NCBI RefSeq assembly: GCF_003334305.1
Contig: NZ_QOWS01000019.1
Direction: 5' to 3' (one strand)
Length of the DNA: 64,000 bases
DNA from: Escherichia coli
Lineage (GTDB): Bacteria; Pseudomonadota; Gammaproteobacteria; Enterobacterales; Enterobacteriaceae
In this document: positions 40,634 to 51,162 of the stretch, piece by piece
Position numbering within the stretch: the stretch's first letter is position 1
Layout: each line of letters starts with the position of its first letter
Made by a program: the position numbers and the translations under genes
The notes under the pieces: generated by a model
Database searches by the model: none
What the model saw: only the letters and a program-made list of their open reading frames with translations
What the model was told of the DNA's origin: nothing

Positions 40634-40981
40634 TTAGCCTGTCATAAGCCCCCTTATAAAAAACCACATCACTCCGGACCATACTGATGACAACATAATA
40701 CAGATAAATATTCTTCTGAACCCGTCGAAGCTCGTAACGTTCGGTAATGAGCAAATAACCATTGGAACAACCATTGCTGCGCCCTGATTCATAATTGCAC
40801 CACACAGAAACCAGAGACTGGCAGTCAGTACATATAAACACGCGATATTAATAACAAGGAAAACCAGTGAGCTCAGGAGAAACATTTTCCTGTCATTACG
40901 CTCAGAAAAGAAATAACCGGCAATAATGACAAATATTAACAGAACAACACCTGTAAACATTTTCAAACAATCTTCACTCAT
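40634..40981 (-). CDS. trbA: TrbA
   Basis: 115-aa hydrophobic ORF between traF and traQ. Confidence 0.7.
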   Translation of the reverse strand: MSEDCLKMFTGVVLLIFVIIAGYFFSERNDRKMFLLSSLVFLVINIACLYVLTASLWFLCGAIMNQGAAMVVPMVICSLPNVTSFDGFRRIFICIMLSSVWSGVMWFFIRGLMTG

Positions 40982-40996
40982 AAATCAAATCCGCGA

Positions 40997-41740
40997 TTAA
41001 AAATTGGGTTTAAAATCTTCAGAAACGTTCAGGAATTGTTTTGCCAGGTAGTCCTGCGAAATAAAACCGTATGATAACGGGCGAACACTGCCCTGTTTCG
41101 GGTCAACCAGCATCATGGCCGGGAAATATTTCACGCCGAGGCGCTGCGCCTGCCCCTGGTCAGTCCTGGAATCCGGCAACAGCGGATTAATCACGCCATC
41201 CACGGAAACGGGAATAACACTCAGACCATAGGTATCCCTGAAGCCATTAATGACCTGCGCCAGCTGCCCGTCGATGGGGTCCTGCCCCCGGTAAAAGAAC
41301 ATGATGCCGTAGTGTTCAGCCAGTTTCGCAATGGCCTGTCGCTGCTGCACCTGGTCTGCCGCCAGCTGGTTCCGGACCGTGCCGTTGTAATGGCTGTACT
41401 GCAGGTTATAGTCCAGTTCGGGATGCGCCAGCATGGCTTTTTTGGCGCTCATGGTGAAAAGCCCGGCCTGCTGAGTCCAGTAATTCTGCAGCCGGAAATA
41501 TTTCACAAAATTATCCACGCCGGGATACAGAATAGCTTCATACAGCGCCCGCTTTGTTGCCGTCTGCAGTGCGGCCAGTTTCTGCATAATGTCCGGCTCC
41601 TGACGGGAGGCTGCAGGTACTGGTTTATTTTCTTTTTCCTTCGGATTTATTTTCTCGTTATACCACTGCCAGCCTGCATCTTTTCCTGACGCCGGAAAAA
41701 TAAAGCAGCAGAGTAACAGTGGCAGTAATGCTTTATTCAT
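40997..41740 (-). CDS. traF: Periplasmic pilus assembly protein TraF (thioredoxin-like fold)
   Basis: 247 aa from ATG 41740 with signal peptide. Confidence 0.9.
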   Translation of the reverse strand: MNKALLPLLLCCFIFPASGKDAGWQWYNEKINPKEKENKPVPAASRQEPDIMQKLAALQTATKRALYEAILYPGVDNFVKYFRLQNYWTQQAGLFTMSAKKAMLAHPELDYNLQYSHYNGTVRNQLAADQVQQRQAIAKLAEHYGIMFFYRGQDPIDGQLAQVINGFRDTYGLSVIPVSVDGVINPLLPDSRTDQGQAQRLGVKYFPAMMLVDPKQGSVRPLSYGFISQDYLAKQFLNVSEDFKPNF

Positions 41741-41993
41741 CTTCATTCCTTTCATCACTTTTTCTTTCATCAGGTTTCTGCAGGTCAGTCAGGGCAGAAA
41801 AACAAAAATACAGAATAAACAGGAGCACACCGGAGTAAAAAATAACGAAAGCAGCAGCAAGTATCTCACCTGCAGTGGTTTCTTTTACCGTATCCCACGA
41901 CCAGATAATTACCGGGGAAATGACAATCGCTGTAATCAAAAGCCGGATAAGAAAATCAATAAAACGGTTCGACGTGAATATGACTTTCATCAT
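41733..41993 (-). CDS. trbE: TrbE
   Basis: 86-aa membrane protein between traN and traF. Confidence 0.75.
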   Translation of the reverse strand: MMKVIFTSNRFIDFLIRLLITAIVISPVIIWSWDTVKETTAGEILAAAFVIFYSGVLLFILYFCFSALTDLQKPDERKSDERNEDE

Positions 41994-42016
41994 TTTCCCC
42001 GGTTATTTTCCCTACC

Positions 42017-43825
42017 TTACTGTCCTGCCTGTTTCAGCTGGTCAGCAATCTGCTCTTTCACTTTCTGCGTCAGAACACCACTGTCCGGGATTTTCTGGTT
42101 ATTCATCAGGTCTTCGTAGAAGTTAGTGAAATCCAGTCTGTCGAACTGAATTTTCTGCAGCTCATCAACCGTAATCCCCCGACAGTCAGGATGCTTCGCA
42201 CTGCCAAAACTGATACGCAGCTGTCCGTTGCGCCCCTGCTGCTGGACTATCTGCGCCAGCTTCGAATCAAACTGACAGTAACTGCGTTTTTTCTCCAGGC
42301 AGACACCCAGCACTTTCTTCGAACAGAACTCTCCGACACTGACGGTCAGTTTGTTTGATTTTGCTTTAGCCAGGGCTTTTTCATCACTGCTGCATTTGGC
42401 CAGCCCGATATCCTGTCCCCAGCCGCTGTCCTTACAGCAGTTGCTGTATCCGGCTGCAGCCTTCTTACAAAATTTCGCCTGACCGGTGAAAGCACGGACA
42501 TCCACCCCGTTCAGCGCCGCAACATCCTTACCTGCTGCGGCCAGTGCCGCCAGCTGAGAAACGGCTTCGGCAAAATCATTACTCTTCCCGCTCTGAGCCT
42601 TATCGCATTCGCCATCGAGACAGAAGACGTCTCCCCCACAGACCATCACTTTCCCGGATGTTTTTGACTCACAGGAGTACGTGGCATATTCATGCAGACA
42701 GGCACCTTCTTCGGAGTAAAAGGTGCACTGGTGTGACACCAGGGTACAGGCAGGATTGTCGGCGTAGGTCTGACAGGTTCCCTTGTCTGCTGACTGTGTG
42801 ACATACGTGTCCCGGTATGCCCAGCAGCTCTGGTACATGCTGTATGACTGACCGTCTTTCACCAGCGTCCTGTTCCCGCCAGCCTCCGTACATTCTGTTT
42901 TTGTCAGTTTCCCCAGCTCCTTGCTGAACGGGCAGCTTTCAGACCAGACAACATACGGGGTGTACGAGGCTTTTTTTACCCTGACAACCAGACGCAGCTT
43001 CATTGCCGTATGACGTTTGAATTTTGTATTCCCGACCCGGACGGGGTGAGATGACGTAAAAGCAACACCGGCAGTCAGTGTTTTCTGTACTGGTGTAAAT
43101 GAGGCATCTGCTGAGTATTTGGCATTCCAGCTCAGTGGGGTTCCCAGTACTGTAATTGTCATAGGTACACTCTTCTGCAGGTAAGTACGACTCCAGCTGT
43201 AATGCGCATTGACAATTTCACCGGTAACGGGAGAGGTAATGGAGACAACATACTGACCATTCACTTCACGTGCAGGTAGCTGACTCATTTCATACTCCAG
43301 CGTCCGGGTTTCCCATGTGGTACTCCCCTGCAGCTCCATACGGGCAGTTCGTGTGCAGTACTGCTCCACCTGTAAATCCCGCTCACAGGTGTAATTCGTG
43401 TATTCACTCCGGCTAATCTCCTGCGCACTGCACTGCTGCCCGGTGTTTCCCACAATGCTGTCAGCCCGGTTCACCACATCCCTGCCGGTCTGGATAAACG
43501 GTGCATCCGGTGAAAGAATGTCTTTCGGCTTGTTCATGAATGACTCTGTGATGGTTTTTCCGGTTTCACCGGTCGCCCATTCCGTGGTGCCGTCATTTTT
43601 CAGGCCGCCATCCCCGCCGGCAGTCACGCCACCGTAGTATTTTGTCTCGTCCGGATTCGCGTTATAGCCGGGGATACTCTCCTGTGGCTTAAAGCCCTGA
43701 ATACTGCTGCTTCCCTGCCCTTTGATCTGGTGAGCAAAATCAGAACCGGCCCGGTAATCACTGTTGCTGTCAGCCTGTGCCATGCCGGCAACCAGAGCCA
43801 GTATCAGAGGTAAAATACGTTTCAT
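42017..43825 (-). CDS. traN: Mating-pair stabilisation outer-membrane protein TraN
   Basis: 602-aa cysteine-rich ORF with signal peptide. Confidence 0.95.
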   Translation of the reverse strand: MKRILPLILALVAGMAQADSNSDYRAGSDFAHQIKGQGSSSIQGFKPQESIPGYNANPDETKYYGGVTAGGDGGLKNDGTTEWATGETGKTITESFMNKPKDILSPDAPFIQTGRDVVNRADSIVGNTGQQCSAQEISRSEYTNYTCERDLQVEQYCTRTARMELQGSTTWETRTLEYEMSQLPAREVNGQYVVSITSPVTGEIVNAHYSWSRTYLQKSVPMTITVLGTPLSWNAKYSADASFTPVQKTLTAGVAFTSSHPVRVGNTKFKRHTAMKLRLVVRVKKASYTPYVVWSESCPFSKELGKLTKTECTEAGGNRTLVKDGQSYSMYQSCWAYRDTYVTQSADKGTCQTYADNPACTLVSHQCTFYSEEGACLHEYATYSCESKTSGKVMVCGGDVFCLDGECDKAQSGKSNDFAEAVSQLAALAAAGKDVAALNGVDVRAFTGQAKFCKKAAAGYSNCCKDSGWGQDIGLAKCSSDEKALAKAKSNKLTVSVGEFCSKKVLGVCLEKKRSYCQFDSKLAQIVQQQGRNGQLRISFGSAKHPDCRGITVDELQKIQFDRLDFTNFYEDLMNNQKIPDSGVLTQKVKEQIADQLKQAGQ

Positions 43826-44463
43826 TTCCCGGAAACTCCTTTCCCTGCCAGTAAATCATGAGCCACCTGCCGGCAGTCACCCGTGGCGGCCACTTTCTCC
43901 AGCGCCTGGCCGACCCGCAGGTTTCCCCGGATGATGTCGTATCCCTGACTGCAGAACACCACCAGTGCCGGTACACTGCGAATGCCGTACTGTGAAAACA
44001 GCGTCGGGTCGATCTGAACACCATCAGTCGCGCCGTCTTTCACCAGGGACAGCACGGCTTCAGCGGTGGTCTTCAGGTCATTGTTCACCATGCCCCGCAG
44101 TGTGGCGGGTATACCGTAGTGCCGGGTTTCGCCCAGCATTCGTTTCAGCCCCTCTTCGGGAATGGAAAACGACACAAAATACAGAGCACCCTGCCGGGGT
44201 TTCCCGTCCTGCGAAGCCTGCTGTTTACGAACCAGCTCATCCAGGAAATGGTTATCTGAACGCTGAAGGGGGTTTTCCAGCACCTGCTTCTCCGCCCAGG
44301 CTTTCAGCTGATGGTCAGGTTTTTCACGCAGTTGTCTGCTTAAATTTTCCTGCTGCTTCAGGAACTGGCGGTTTTCAGGAGTGTTCACGTTTTCTGACGC
44401 CATAACCGCCCCGTTCAGCATCATCAGCAGTGCTGCCAGAGATTTCATACTCAGCTTCATCAT
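43822..44463 (-). CDS. trbC: Pilus assembly protein TrbC
   Basis: 213-aa ORF with signal peptide. Confidence 0.9.
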   Translation of the reverse strand: MMKLSMKSLAALLMMLNGAVMASENVNTPENRQFLKQQENLSRQLREKPDHQLKAWAEKQVLENPLQRSDNHFLDELVRKQQASQDGKPRQGALYFVSFSIPEEGLKRMLGETRHYGIPATLRGMVNNDLKTTAEAVLSLVKDGATDGVQIDPTLFSQYGIRSVPALVVFCSQGYDIIRGNLRVGQALEKVAATGDCRQVAHDLLAGKGVSGK

Positions 44464-44468
44464 TCACC

Positions 44469-45461
44469 TCACAGGAAGACACAGTTACGTTTACGCCACA
44501 TCAGGTAGCCGAAGTTTTTCTTTGTATTGGGCGGATTTTTCCCGGTTTCCCAGCGGGTCACACTGCGCCCGAACGGGTGGCACTGTCCGCTGTCCGGGTA
44601 CATATTCACCATCTGGTAACGCCAGCGTTCTTTGGGCAGGATTGGGGACGGATATTCATTACAGACGGCGTTATTTTTCCCGATGGTTTCCATAATCATG
44701 CCCTGACGGTGCAGCTTGAACGCCATGCGTTCACTGACCAGCAGGGAGGACTGCAACGGACTGGACTCATTACTCACCCAGCCATTGAACGGGTACATAC
44801 TGCCCTGCGAACCGGCACACCAGAACAGAACATCGAGAGGCATATTAAAGGCGCTGGCAATGGCATCTGCTGCACAGGCCCCCTGTGCTATCGGATTGGC
44901 AAAGATGACAGCTTCCGGATTGAGAATGGTGGTCAGGCTGCTGTCCGTCCAGGTGGGGTCGATTTCAGAAAGATAAGCGATATCCAGGTCACCACCTTCC
45001 AGACAGCCCAGCGATGTGATGATGTTAAGCCAGTACGTCAGCGGGTATTTGTACCAGTGAACGTGATAGAACGCCCCGTTCACCTGCTTCTCATCCTTTT
45101 TCGCCGTTCCCTGTGCCGTTTTACCAAAAGCCGGCAGGCTGAAGCCTAGGTTAACCATGCATCCCGGTGATCGGGTGACGTCCGTCAGCGCCATCGGCTC
45201 CCAGTAACCAATGGCCAGCCCGATACGCCTGAACAGCGGCGGCGGTGCCGGACAAATCTGAATGGGCATCGACGGGTTCGCCGTGTCGGGGACCTTACCC
45301 TGACTGACTTTGATACTGCCCAGCGAGAGCGGGAAAATACAGCTCCAGCAGATATCCGTGATCGGGTTTACAAAACGCCCCTCACAGGCAGAATCCGCAG
45401 ACGCTGCAGGGACATGACCGGCGAGAAGGAATAACATCAGCAGCCACAGGCTTCGCTTCAT
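44469..45461 (-). CDS. traU: Pilus assembly / DNA transfer protein TraU
   Basis: 330-aa ORF with signal peptide. Confidence 0.95.
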   Translation of the reverse strand: MKRSLWLLMLFLLAGHVPAASADSACEGRFVNPITDICWSCIFPLSLGSIKVSQGKVPDTANPSMPIQICPAPPPLFRRIGLAIGYWEPMALTDVTRSPGCMVNLGFSLPAFGKTAQGTAKKDEKQVNGAFYHVHWYKYPLTYWLNIITSLGCLEGGDLDIAYLSEIDPTWTDSSLTTILNPEAVIFANPIAQGACAADAIASAFNMPLDVLFWCAGSQGSMYPFNGWVSNESSPLQSSLLVSERMAFKLHRQGMIMETIGKNNAVCNEYPSPILPKERWRYQMVNMYPDSGQCHPFGRSVTRWETGKNPPNTKKNFGYLMWRKRNCVFL

Positions 45462-46090
45462 TTTCTGCCCTCCTCTGCCGGAATAAATTCCACCTTCAGG
45501 AAGCGATCGCCGGGAACGGCGCTCACCCGTGCCGGGACCTGATCAATGCCGAGGCGCTGGCAGAGCACACCGTTCTGGTCAAAGTAAACACGGCTGTCCA
45601 GAGACTTCTGCATCTCCGGGATACTGCCCTGCACGAGGATAATTTTGCTCTCCAGTGTGGGCGGCGTCTGGCGTTTCATCCAGGCCACCTGCGCCGGATC
45701 ATCGCCATTGATGAAATACAGCGTCTGGTTAAAAGGAACATACTGCAGCGGATTCATCACTTCACCCTGACGGGCAAACACCCGCCCTTCGTTATCCCGG
45801 ATATCCGCAGCCAGTCTGACGGACGGGTCAAACAACCGGCTGCCGTATTTCTCCGTGCGTCCGATACCGGGCACGGCAGGGGGCCGCAGACTGTTGCGGA
45901 TCACCCGCTCCTTAAAGGCATCCATTTTCCGGCCCATCTCACCGGACTGCTCCAGTGCCGTCAGGCGCTGCATGATCACCGTCAGCATGTCCGGCTCCTT
46001 TACCGGCCACAGATCGCCCCAGGTACCAAGATCGGCGGCGGCCACACTCTGCCCCCATATCAGCAGGGCAATCAGCCCCCGGCATCTCAT
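45458..46090 (-). CDS. traW: Pilus assembly protein TraW
   Basis: 210 aa from ATG 46090 (signal peptide MRCRGLIALLIWG...). Confidence 0.9.
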   Translation of the reverse strand: MRCRGLIALLIWGQSVAAADLGTWGDLWPVKEPDMLTVIMQRLTALEQSGEMGRKMDAFKERVIRNSLRPPAVPGIGRTEKYGSRLFDPSVRLAADIRDNEGRVFARQGEVMNPLQYVPFNQTLYFINGDDPAQVAWMKRQTPPTLESKIILVQGSIPEMQKSLDSRVYFDQNGVLCQRLGIDQVPARVSAVPGDRFLKVEFIPAEEGRK

Positions 46091-46473
46091 GGCTCCGCCC
46101 TCATTCGCCGGGCGATATCCTGCTGGATTTCCCGGGTGATATCCGGAGCCCCCTGTACCACGGCAGGCGACACCAGAATGACCGCGTGGTGTTTCTGCTG
46201 CCATGCCTGCAGGCTGGCTTCCAGTGCCGTGTTAAAACGCGCTGAAAGGGCTTTTGACTGTGCTTCTGACAGTTGTTTCTGACTGGCGCTGTCAAAAAAC
46301 GCATCCACGGTCTGTTTCATGTTGAAGGCGGCAGTCACCGGTGCGTTCAGTCTGACAATGCCGTAACTGATGGCTGCGTTCAGTAACACCATTGCCAGGC
46401 ATCCCGGCACCGTCCACCACCAGTGGCTGCGTCGGGGGGCTGTAACGTCAGTCGTTTTTTGCGTTGTGGTCAT
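46087..46473 (-). CDS. trbI: TrbI
   Basis: 128-aa ORF with one membrane helix. Confidence 0.85.
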   Translation of the reverse strand: MTTTQKTTDVTAPRRSHWWWTVPGCLAMVLLNAAISYGIVRLNAPVTAAFNMKQTVDAFFDSASQKQLSEAQSKALSARFNTALEASLQAWQQKHHAVILVSPAVVQGAPDITREIQQDIARRMRAEP

Positions 46474-49097
46474 GCAACACTCCTGTATTTCTCATGTTCT
46501 TCCAGCCAGGCTTCCAGCGAAGCCATCTCCGGCCCTGACTTCTTCCACGCCAGCTGCCACACTGCCTCATGAATACTCAGCCCCTCTTTACGTTTCTGCT
46601 GCACAAACTCAAAATCCGGGCCGTCAGAGCTGTACATGGCGCGGCTTAACGGGTCCACAAACAGGCGGTGCCAGGAGGAATGGTTTTCCACCTGCAGCAG
46701 GAAGGAACTGAACCACTGATCTTTGGCCGCACCGAACTTACCAATCATGTCACGCTGCAGTGGCAGGAACTGGTCCGGATACAGCTGGTTGTATTTCGCG
46801 AACTCCTTCGCACTCTGTTTGAGGATAATTTTGTAGGAGGAGTTACCCCATGCTGCACGGGCCGCACTGGAGGCCTTGTCAGAGTCAAAGTCGACGATGT
46901 TCTGGGTGATGGTGATATAGGCACCGGTATGACGGCGGGCGGTACGGTAGCCTTTCTCAATAAATTCACCGACCTTGTGATTTTTGAAGTCCAGCAGACG
47001 CCAGCCTTCATCAATGACGTTCAGTTTCTTGAGGTTACGCGGCGTGCGGTACATCCGGTTCTCAATGTAAATGATAAGGCTGAACATCACCGCAACCAGC
47101 AGGGACGGACGGTCTTCCAGTCCGCCCAGCTCCAGCACCACCATTTTCGCATCATCCCGCAGGGACGGCTCATCGGAGTTGAAATACTGGCCATAAGTGC
47201 CGTTAGCAGTGTACTGGTCAAGCAGCACAATCATTTCGTCCAGACGGCTGCGGATGGTCGGTGACTCGGCATACTGCTCGCTGTCACTGGCGTTTTTCAG
47301 GAAATCCACCACGTCATCAATACGTGCCCTGTTCTCTTTGGCCAGCCATGATGCCCTGACTGCCTGCAGCAGCAGACCTTCATGCACTTCATCCAGGTTA
47401 CCGTTGGGGCTGGCCATCACCGACAGCTGGTCACGGACACGCTCCGCTGACTGGTCAATATCGGTGATGTTCGCAAACGGGTTAAAGCGCAGGGTTTCAC
47501 CGTCCAGATACACCCCGCCCATGTTCTCACACAGGGACTTGTATCCATCCCCCATGTCGAACACCACGGCAAAGCCTCCGGAGTCCAGCACGCTGCGGAT
47601 AAGTGGCTGTATCAGCCCGGTTTTACCGGCCCCGGAGGTGCCACAGACCGCCATGTTATAGTTGGTGTTATTCATCCCCCGGAAGAAAATATCGATAAAC
47701 GCCAGCTGGTTACGGTAGGTGGGTGCCAGCAGACCTGCCGGTGTCAGGGGGTTATCCGCCACTAACGGCATCAGGTTGGCCACATTAAAGCTCTCTGCGC
47801 GCTGTACCACTCCGGCCTCTTTCAGCTGTTTAAACAACCCTTTCCCGGCCATAAAGGGCAGACAGGTCAGGAAATTGCGCATGTGGTTAAAGCGCGGTGA
47901 AATCAGCTCAAAACCGTTTTTACGGAAGCTGTTCAGGATGTCCTGCTCCACTTCCAGTGCCGTTTCATTATTGTCCTTGCAGAAGGCTGTGATGTTGAGG
48001 AAGTAGGACACGACAGAGGACTGACCGGAGCCCAGCCGCTGACGCAGTTCCCCCCACTCCTTCGCTTCTTTCTCCACAGACGGAAACCATTTGGCATAGG
48101 AGGTCTTCGACTTTTTCTCCAGGTCCATGTACTTCAGGTTGGCTTCGCTGTGGGTTTTCACCTGGTCTTCCACCACCAGAGTCAGCGTCAGGATGAACGG
48201 GCAGGAGATGGACAACTCCGGGTTCAGCAGGTTGCTGTAGTTGTCGGCCATGTTCCACAAAAAAGCGATTTCCGGGTTACGGGCCAGATGGAAATTCAGG
48301 ATGCGGGCCGTACTGTTCCTGCCGCTCTCACGCAGGCCCAGCGTCAGGTAATCAGCCCGGACTTTCAGGTCAAAACTGTCCTCCACACACTGATAATTCA
48401 GATCAGAATACGGGTCCAGCTGGCGTCTTTTCGGGTACAGGGAGTCCGGGTTATGGTTAATCATCTCCCCGACAATATCGATAAAGGCCTGTGCATCCAC
48501 CGTCTGTGTGGTGATACTGGCCCCCTGTAACGACGCCCGGATGATTTTCACCAGGTTTTCCATTTCCAGAATGTCGGCCCGGCTTTTTTTCTTCGAAGGA
48601 GAACAGTACGAGATAAACACCCGGTAATGGCGCAGGGTCAGGGGCAGATTCATCCCCTCCGGCAGCGGAAACTGTGTCGCTGCCGCTTTCATATAATAGG
48701 CCCGGGTAATGGCGTTAAACCGTTCAGCCTGTTCACCTGACCAGGAGAACTCACGCAGCCCGTATTCAATCCTGTCACCAACCAACTGACTGGACATCAG
48801 ATGGATACACAACGGAATACCGCGCGGCAGTTTGGTGCGCAGCATGTGATCGAGGGCCTCCACAATGGACTCATTCGCCCCATTGATGGGAATGGCTTCC
48901 AGCATAAAGCCCATCGTGGTGTCATTCATGAACAGACCGGATTCCTGGTTGTAATCACGGTACGGCAGCAGACGGCTGAACTGCGGGAAGCTCATTTCGC
49001 CCAGAACTTCATTGGCCTTTGCGGATTCGTCAGGCAGTTTCAGTGCTGTGACGAGGGAGTTAACCGCCTGAGTGACGGCCTCAAGTGGGTTATTCAC
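46470..49097 (-). CDS. traC: Type IV secretion ATPase TraC (VirB4 homologue)
   Basis: 875-aa ORF with Walker A (GTSGAGKT). Confidence 0.95.
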   Translation of the reverse strand: MNNPLEAVTQAVNSLVTALKLPDESAKANEVLGEMSFPQFSRLLPYRDYNQESGLFMNDTTMGFMLEAIPINGANESIVEALDHMLRTKLPRGIPLCIHLMSSQLVGDRIEYGLREFSWSGEQAERFNAITRAYYMKAAATQFPLPEGMNLPLTLRHYRVFISYCSPSKKKSRADILEMENLVKIIRASLQGASITTQTVDAQAFIDIVGEMINHNPDSLYPKRRQLDPYSDLNYQCVEDSFDLKVRADYLTLGLRESGRNSTARILNFHLARNPEIAFLWNMADNYSNLLNPELSISCPFILTLTLVVEDQVKTHSEANLKYMDLEKKSKTSYAKWFPSVEKEAKEWGELRQRLGSGQSSVVSYFLNITAFCKDNNETALEVEQDILNSFRKNGFELISPRFNHMRNFLTCLPFMAGKGLFKQLKEAGVVQRAESFNVANLMPLVADNPLTPAGLLAPTYRNQLAFIDIFFRGMNNTNYNMAVCGTSGAGKTGLIQPLIRSVLDSGGFAVVFDMGDGYKSLCENMGGVYLDGETLRFNPFANITDIDQSAERVRDQLSVMASPNGNLDEVHEGLLLQAVRASWLAKENRARIDDVVDFLKNASDSEQYAESPTIRSRLDEMIVLLDQYTANGTYGQYFNSDEPSLRDDAKMVVLELGGLEDRPSLLVAVMFSLIIYIENRMYRTPRNLKKLNVIDEGWRLLDFKNHKVGEFIEKGYRTARRHTGAYITITQNIVDFDSDKASSAARAAWGNSSYKIILKQSAKEFAKYNQLYPDQFLPLQRDMIGKFGAAKDQWFSSFLLQVENHSSWHRLFVDPLSRAMYSSDGPDFEFVQQKRKEGLSIHEAVWQLAWKKSGPEMASLEAWLEEHEKYRSVA

Positions 49098-49256
49098 ATG
49101 AATTCCTTAGTTGAAAAATAAAGCGAGAAATGCGGTAGCCATGAAGGGAATACCTGTAATTAACGCGCCATTTCCCGGCGCATATACAAAGATTTCTGTT
49201 TTCTGAATATCCACTCATGTTCATCCGGAATTAAATCACTATGTTCTGCGACTGAC

Positions 49257-49478
49257 TTATGCATAATGTTTTCTCTGTCTTTCCTGATACGCCTGACATT
49301 CAACGCACAACGTCACACCGGGAAATATTTTCCGCCGGGCTTCCGGAATAGGATTTCCGCATGCTTCACAGAGATAAACAGGAATACCATGAGCATTTAT
49401 TTTCTGGCGTATCCGGTTTATTCCTGTCATGGTCAGTTGTTCTGTCACTGAATATGCTTCATCGGCTTCATCACTCAC
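49257..49478 (-). CDS. traR: TraR (DksA-like zinc-finger protein)
   Basis: 73-aa ORF with C4 zinc finger (CEACG ... CVEC). Confidence 0.85.
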   Translation of the reverse strand: MSDEADEAYSVTEQLTMTGINRIRQKINAHGIPVYLCEACGNPIPEARRKIFPGVTLCVECQAYQERQRKHYA

Positions 49479-49612
49479 GGAATATTCCTCCCGACATATT
49501 CTGACACGCTACCGCCCATCCCTTTTCACGCACAGGGCACTCGTTTTACAGGCAGATTTTGAATACAGAAAGCCCGCCGGCATTGCCGGCTGATATACAA
49601 CTTCAGGGCCAG

Positions 49613-50128
49613 TTAATTAATACGTGGTTTTCCCCACGCAGACGGTTTAATAACAAAAAACACGCTGGATGGCTGATGATAAACATCCTGGTTATCAATA
49701 TAAGGCGCTATCCATAATGCTGCCGTCTGCTCACCCGTTCTTAGCGGACGAGGAGGTGTTACCGGCGTAACTGAACTGACCGGAACAACCGTTTTCACTT
49801 CCCGGGCAGCGGTAAACAGCGGGCGAGGTGCCAGCAGTTTCTGCTCCGGATGTGCTGTCACCGCAGGTCTGCTGCCGGACGGAGTGGTCGCGGTGACGGT
49901 CTGCACCGGCATTGTCCGGAAGTTCCCTTCAGCCAGGCGCGGCAGTGATGCCGCAACCGGCTTTGCTTCTGAGGACCGCTCCAGTTTTTTGGCCTTCTCA
50001 TTGGCCTGCTCCATCGTCATACAGGTATCGGATGTGGTGGCGTTACACTCAAATTCCGTACTGGTTCCGGCACAGCCGGAAAGTAATAAGGTCCCCAGCA
50101 GAGGAATAAAGAAAGAAATCTGTTTCAT
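49613..50128 (-). CDS. traV: Outer-membrane lipoprotein TraV
   Basis: 171-aa ORF with lipobox (LLLSGC). Confidence 0.9.
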   Translation of the reverse strand: MKQISFFIPLLGTLLLSGCAGTSTEFECNATTSDTCMTMEQANEKAKKLERSSEAKPVAASLPRLAEGNFRTMPVQTVTATTPSGSRPAVTAHPEQKLLAPRPLFTAAREVKTVVPVSSVTPVTPPRPLRTGEQTAALWIAPYIDNQDVYHQPSSVFFVIKPSAWGKPRIN

Positions 50129-50376
50129 TGTCCCTCACCTTTCTCATCGCAGTTCACAAAATCCTTCTTCAAATCCCTGACCGTACAGGTTTTTACAATG
50201 TCAGGATTTTCAAAAACCGTACTCCGTGATGATTTATAAACATATGCCACAATGCGTTTCCCACCCGCATCAGGTTCTGGTGCACTGACTTCACATAACG
50301 GAGGTGTTATTCCGGACTCATACAGCACCGGATAATTTATTTTTTTGACGCTGCCATCAGAAACCAGCTTATTCAT
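50125..50376 (-). CDS. trbG: TrbG
   Basis: 83-aa ORF overlapping the traV start. Confidence 0.7.
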   Translation of the reverse strand: MNKLVSDGSVKKINYPVLYESGITPPLCEVSAPEPDAGGKRIVAYVYKSSRSTVFENPDIVKTCTVRDLKKDFVNCDEKGEGQ

Positions 50377-50387
50377 CGAAGGGTTCC

Positions 50388-50585
50388 TTATATTTCTGAA
50401 TTCTTCATCACACCGACAGCAGTCATATTAAAATTGTCCGGCAATGACTCAGAACCGAATTTCTCCGGTGCAGGAAGTACGATTCTTGTGGCGCAGTTAC
50501 TGAGAACAGCATGCATAAAATCATCTGACACGGTTTTACCCGGCACAGAGAGGGCTGTAATAACATTAATATTACGCATGTTCAT
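50388..50585 (-). CDS. trbD: TrbD
   Basis: 65 aa from ATG 50585, in the conserved position between traP and trbG. Confidence 0.65.
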   Translation of the reverse strand: MNMRNINVITALSVPGKTVSDDFMHAVLSNCATRIVLPAPEKFGSESLPDNFNMTAVGVMKNSEI

Positions 50586-51162
50586 TTTTATCTCCGTTGT
50601 TTCTGTTTGTTCTGTCATCAGGAAGATAAACAGGGCATTTCCTGATTTTTCCCGGCAGGGAAGCGTCTTCCGTATAAACTTCCTTCAGATGTTCATCTGC
50701 GGTTACCACCCGGATACATTTCATTTTTCCGGGTCGCACCGGATATTTCCCGGTGATCGCTGCCAGCGAGACATACATCAGTGCCAGTGTTGCCCATAAT
50801 GCGGTGACCAGTTGCATCAGTGACCGGTCAGTCTCCCTGACATAATCTGCAGCATCAGCCGCGCGGTAATGGCAGATACCCTGTATTTCTGATCTGCCTG
50901 AAGAATCAGAGGAAGAAAACCAGCATTCACTGACCGGGAACTGTCCGGCAGGTGCTGTTTGTCTTACGAAGTTAATCTCCTTAACCAGTAATTTCCCCGG
51001 CGTGGTGTTGTCCTTCCATAAAACAAACAGAGTCATCAGGGCCATTGTGGCCAGTGGCAGAATGACGGTGTACTTCAGACACCAGAACAGTCCTCGCAGA
51101 ACCCGGGCGACAACATACCGGGCGGCATGGCACGCCTGACGGGACGACATATTATTTGCCAT
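50572..51162 (-). CDS. traP: TraP
   Basis: 196-aa membrane protein. Confidence 0.85.
   Translation of the reverse strand: MANNMSSRQACHAARYVVARVLRGLFWCLKYTVILPLATMALMTLFVLWKDNTTPGKLLVKEINFVRQTAPAGQFPVSECWFSSSDSSGRSEIQGICHYRAADAADYVRETDRSLMQLVTALWATLALMYVSLAAITGKYPVRPGKMKCIRVVTADEHLKEVYTEDASLPGKIRKCPVYLPDDRTNRNNGDKNEHA

Noticed and set aside
40500-41000. Expected antisense gene artA opposite trbA
   Set aside because: No plus-strand ORF of suitable length appears in this interval in the six-frame track, so I could not support it from the sequence.
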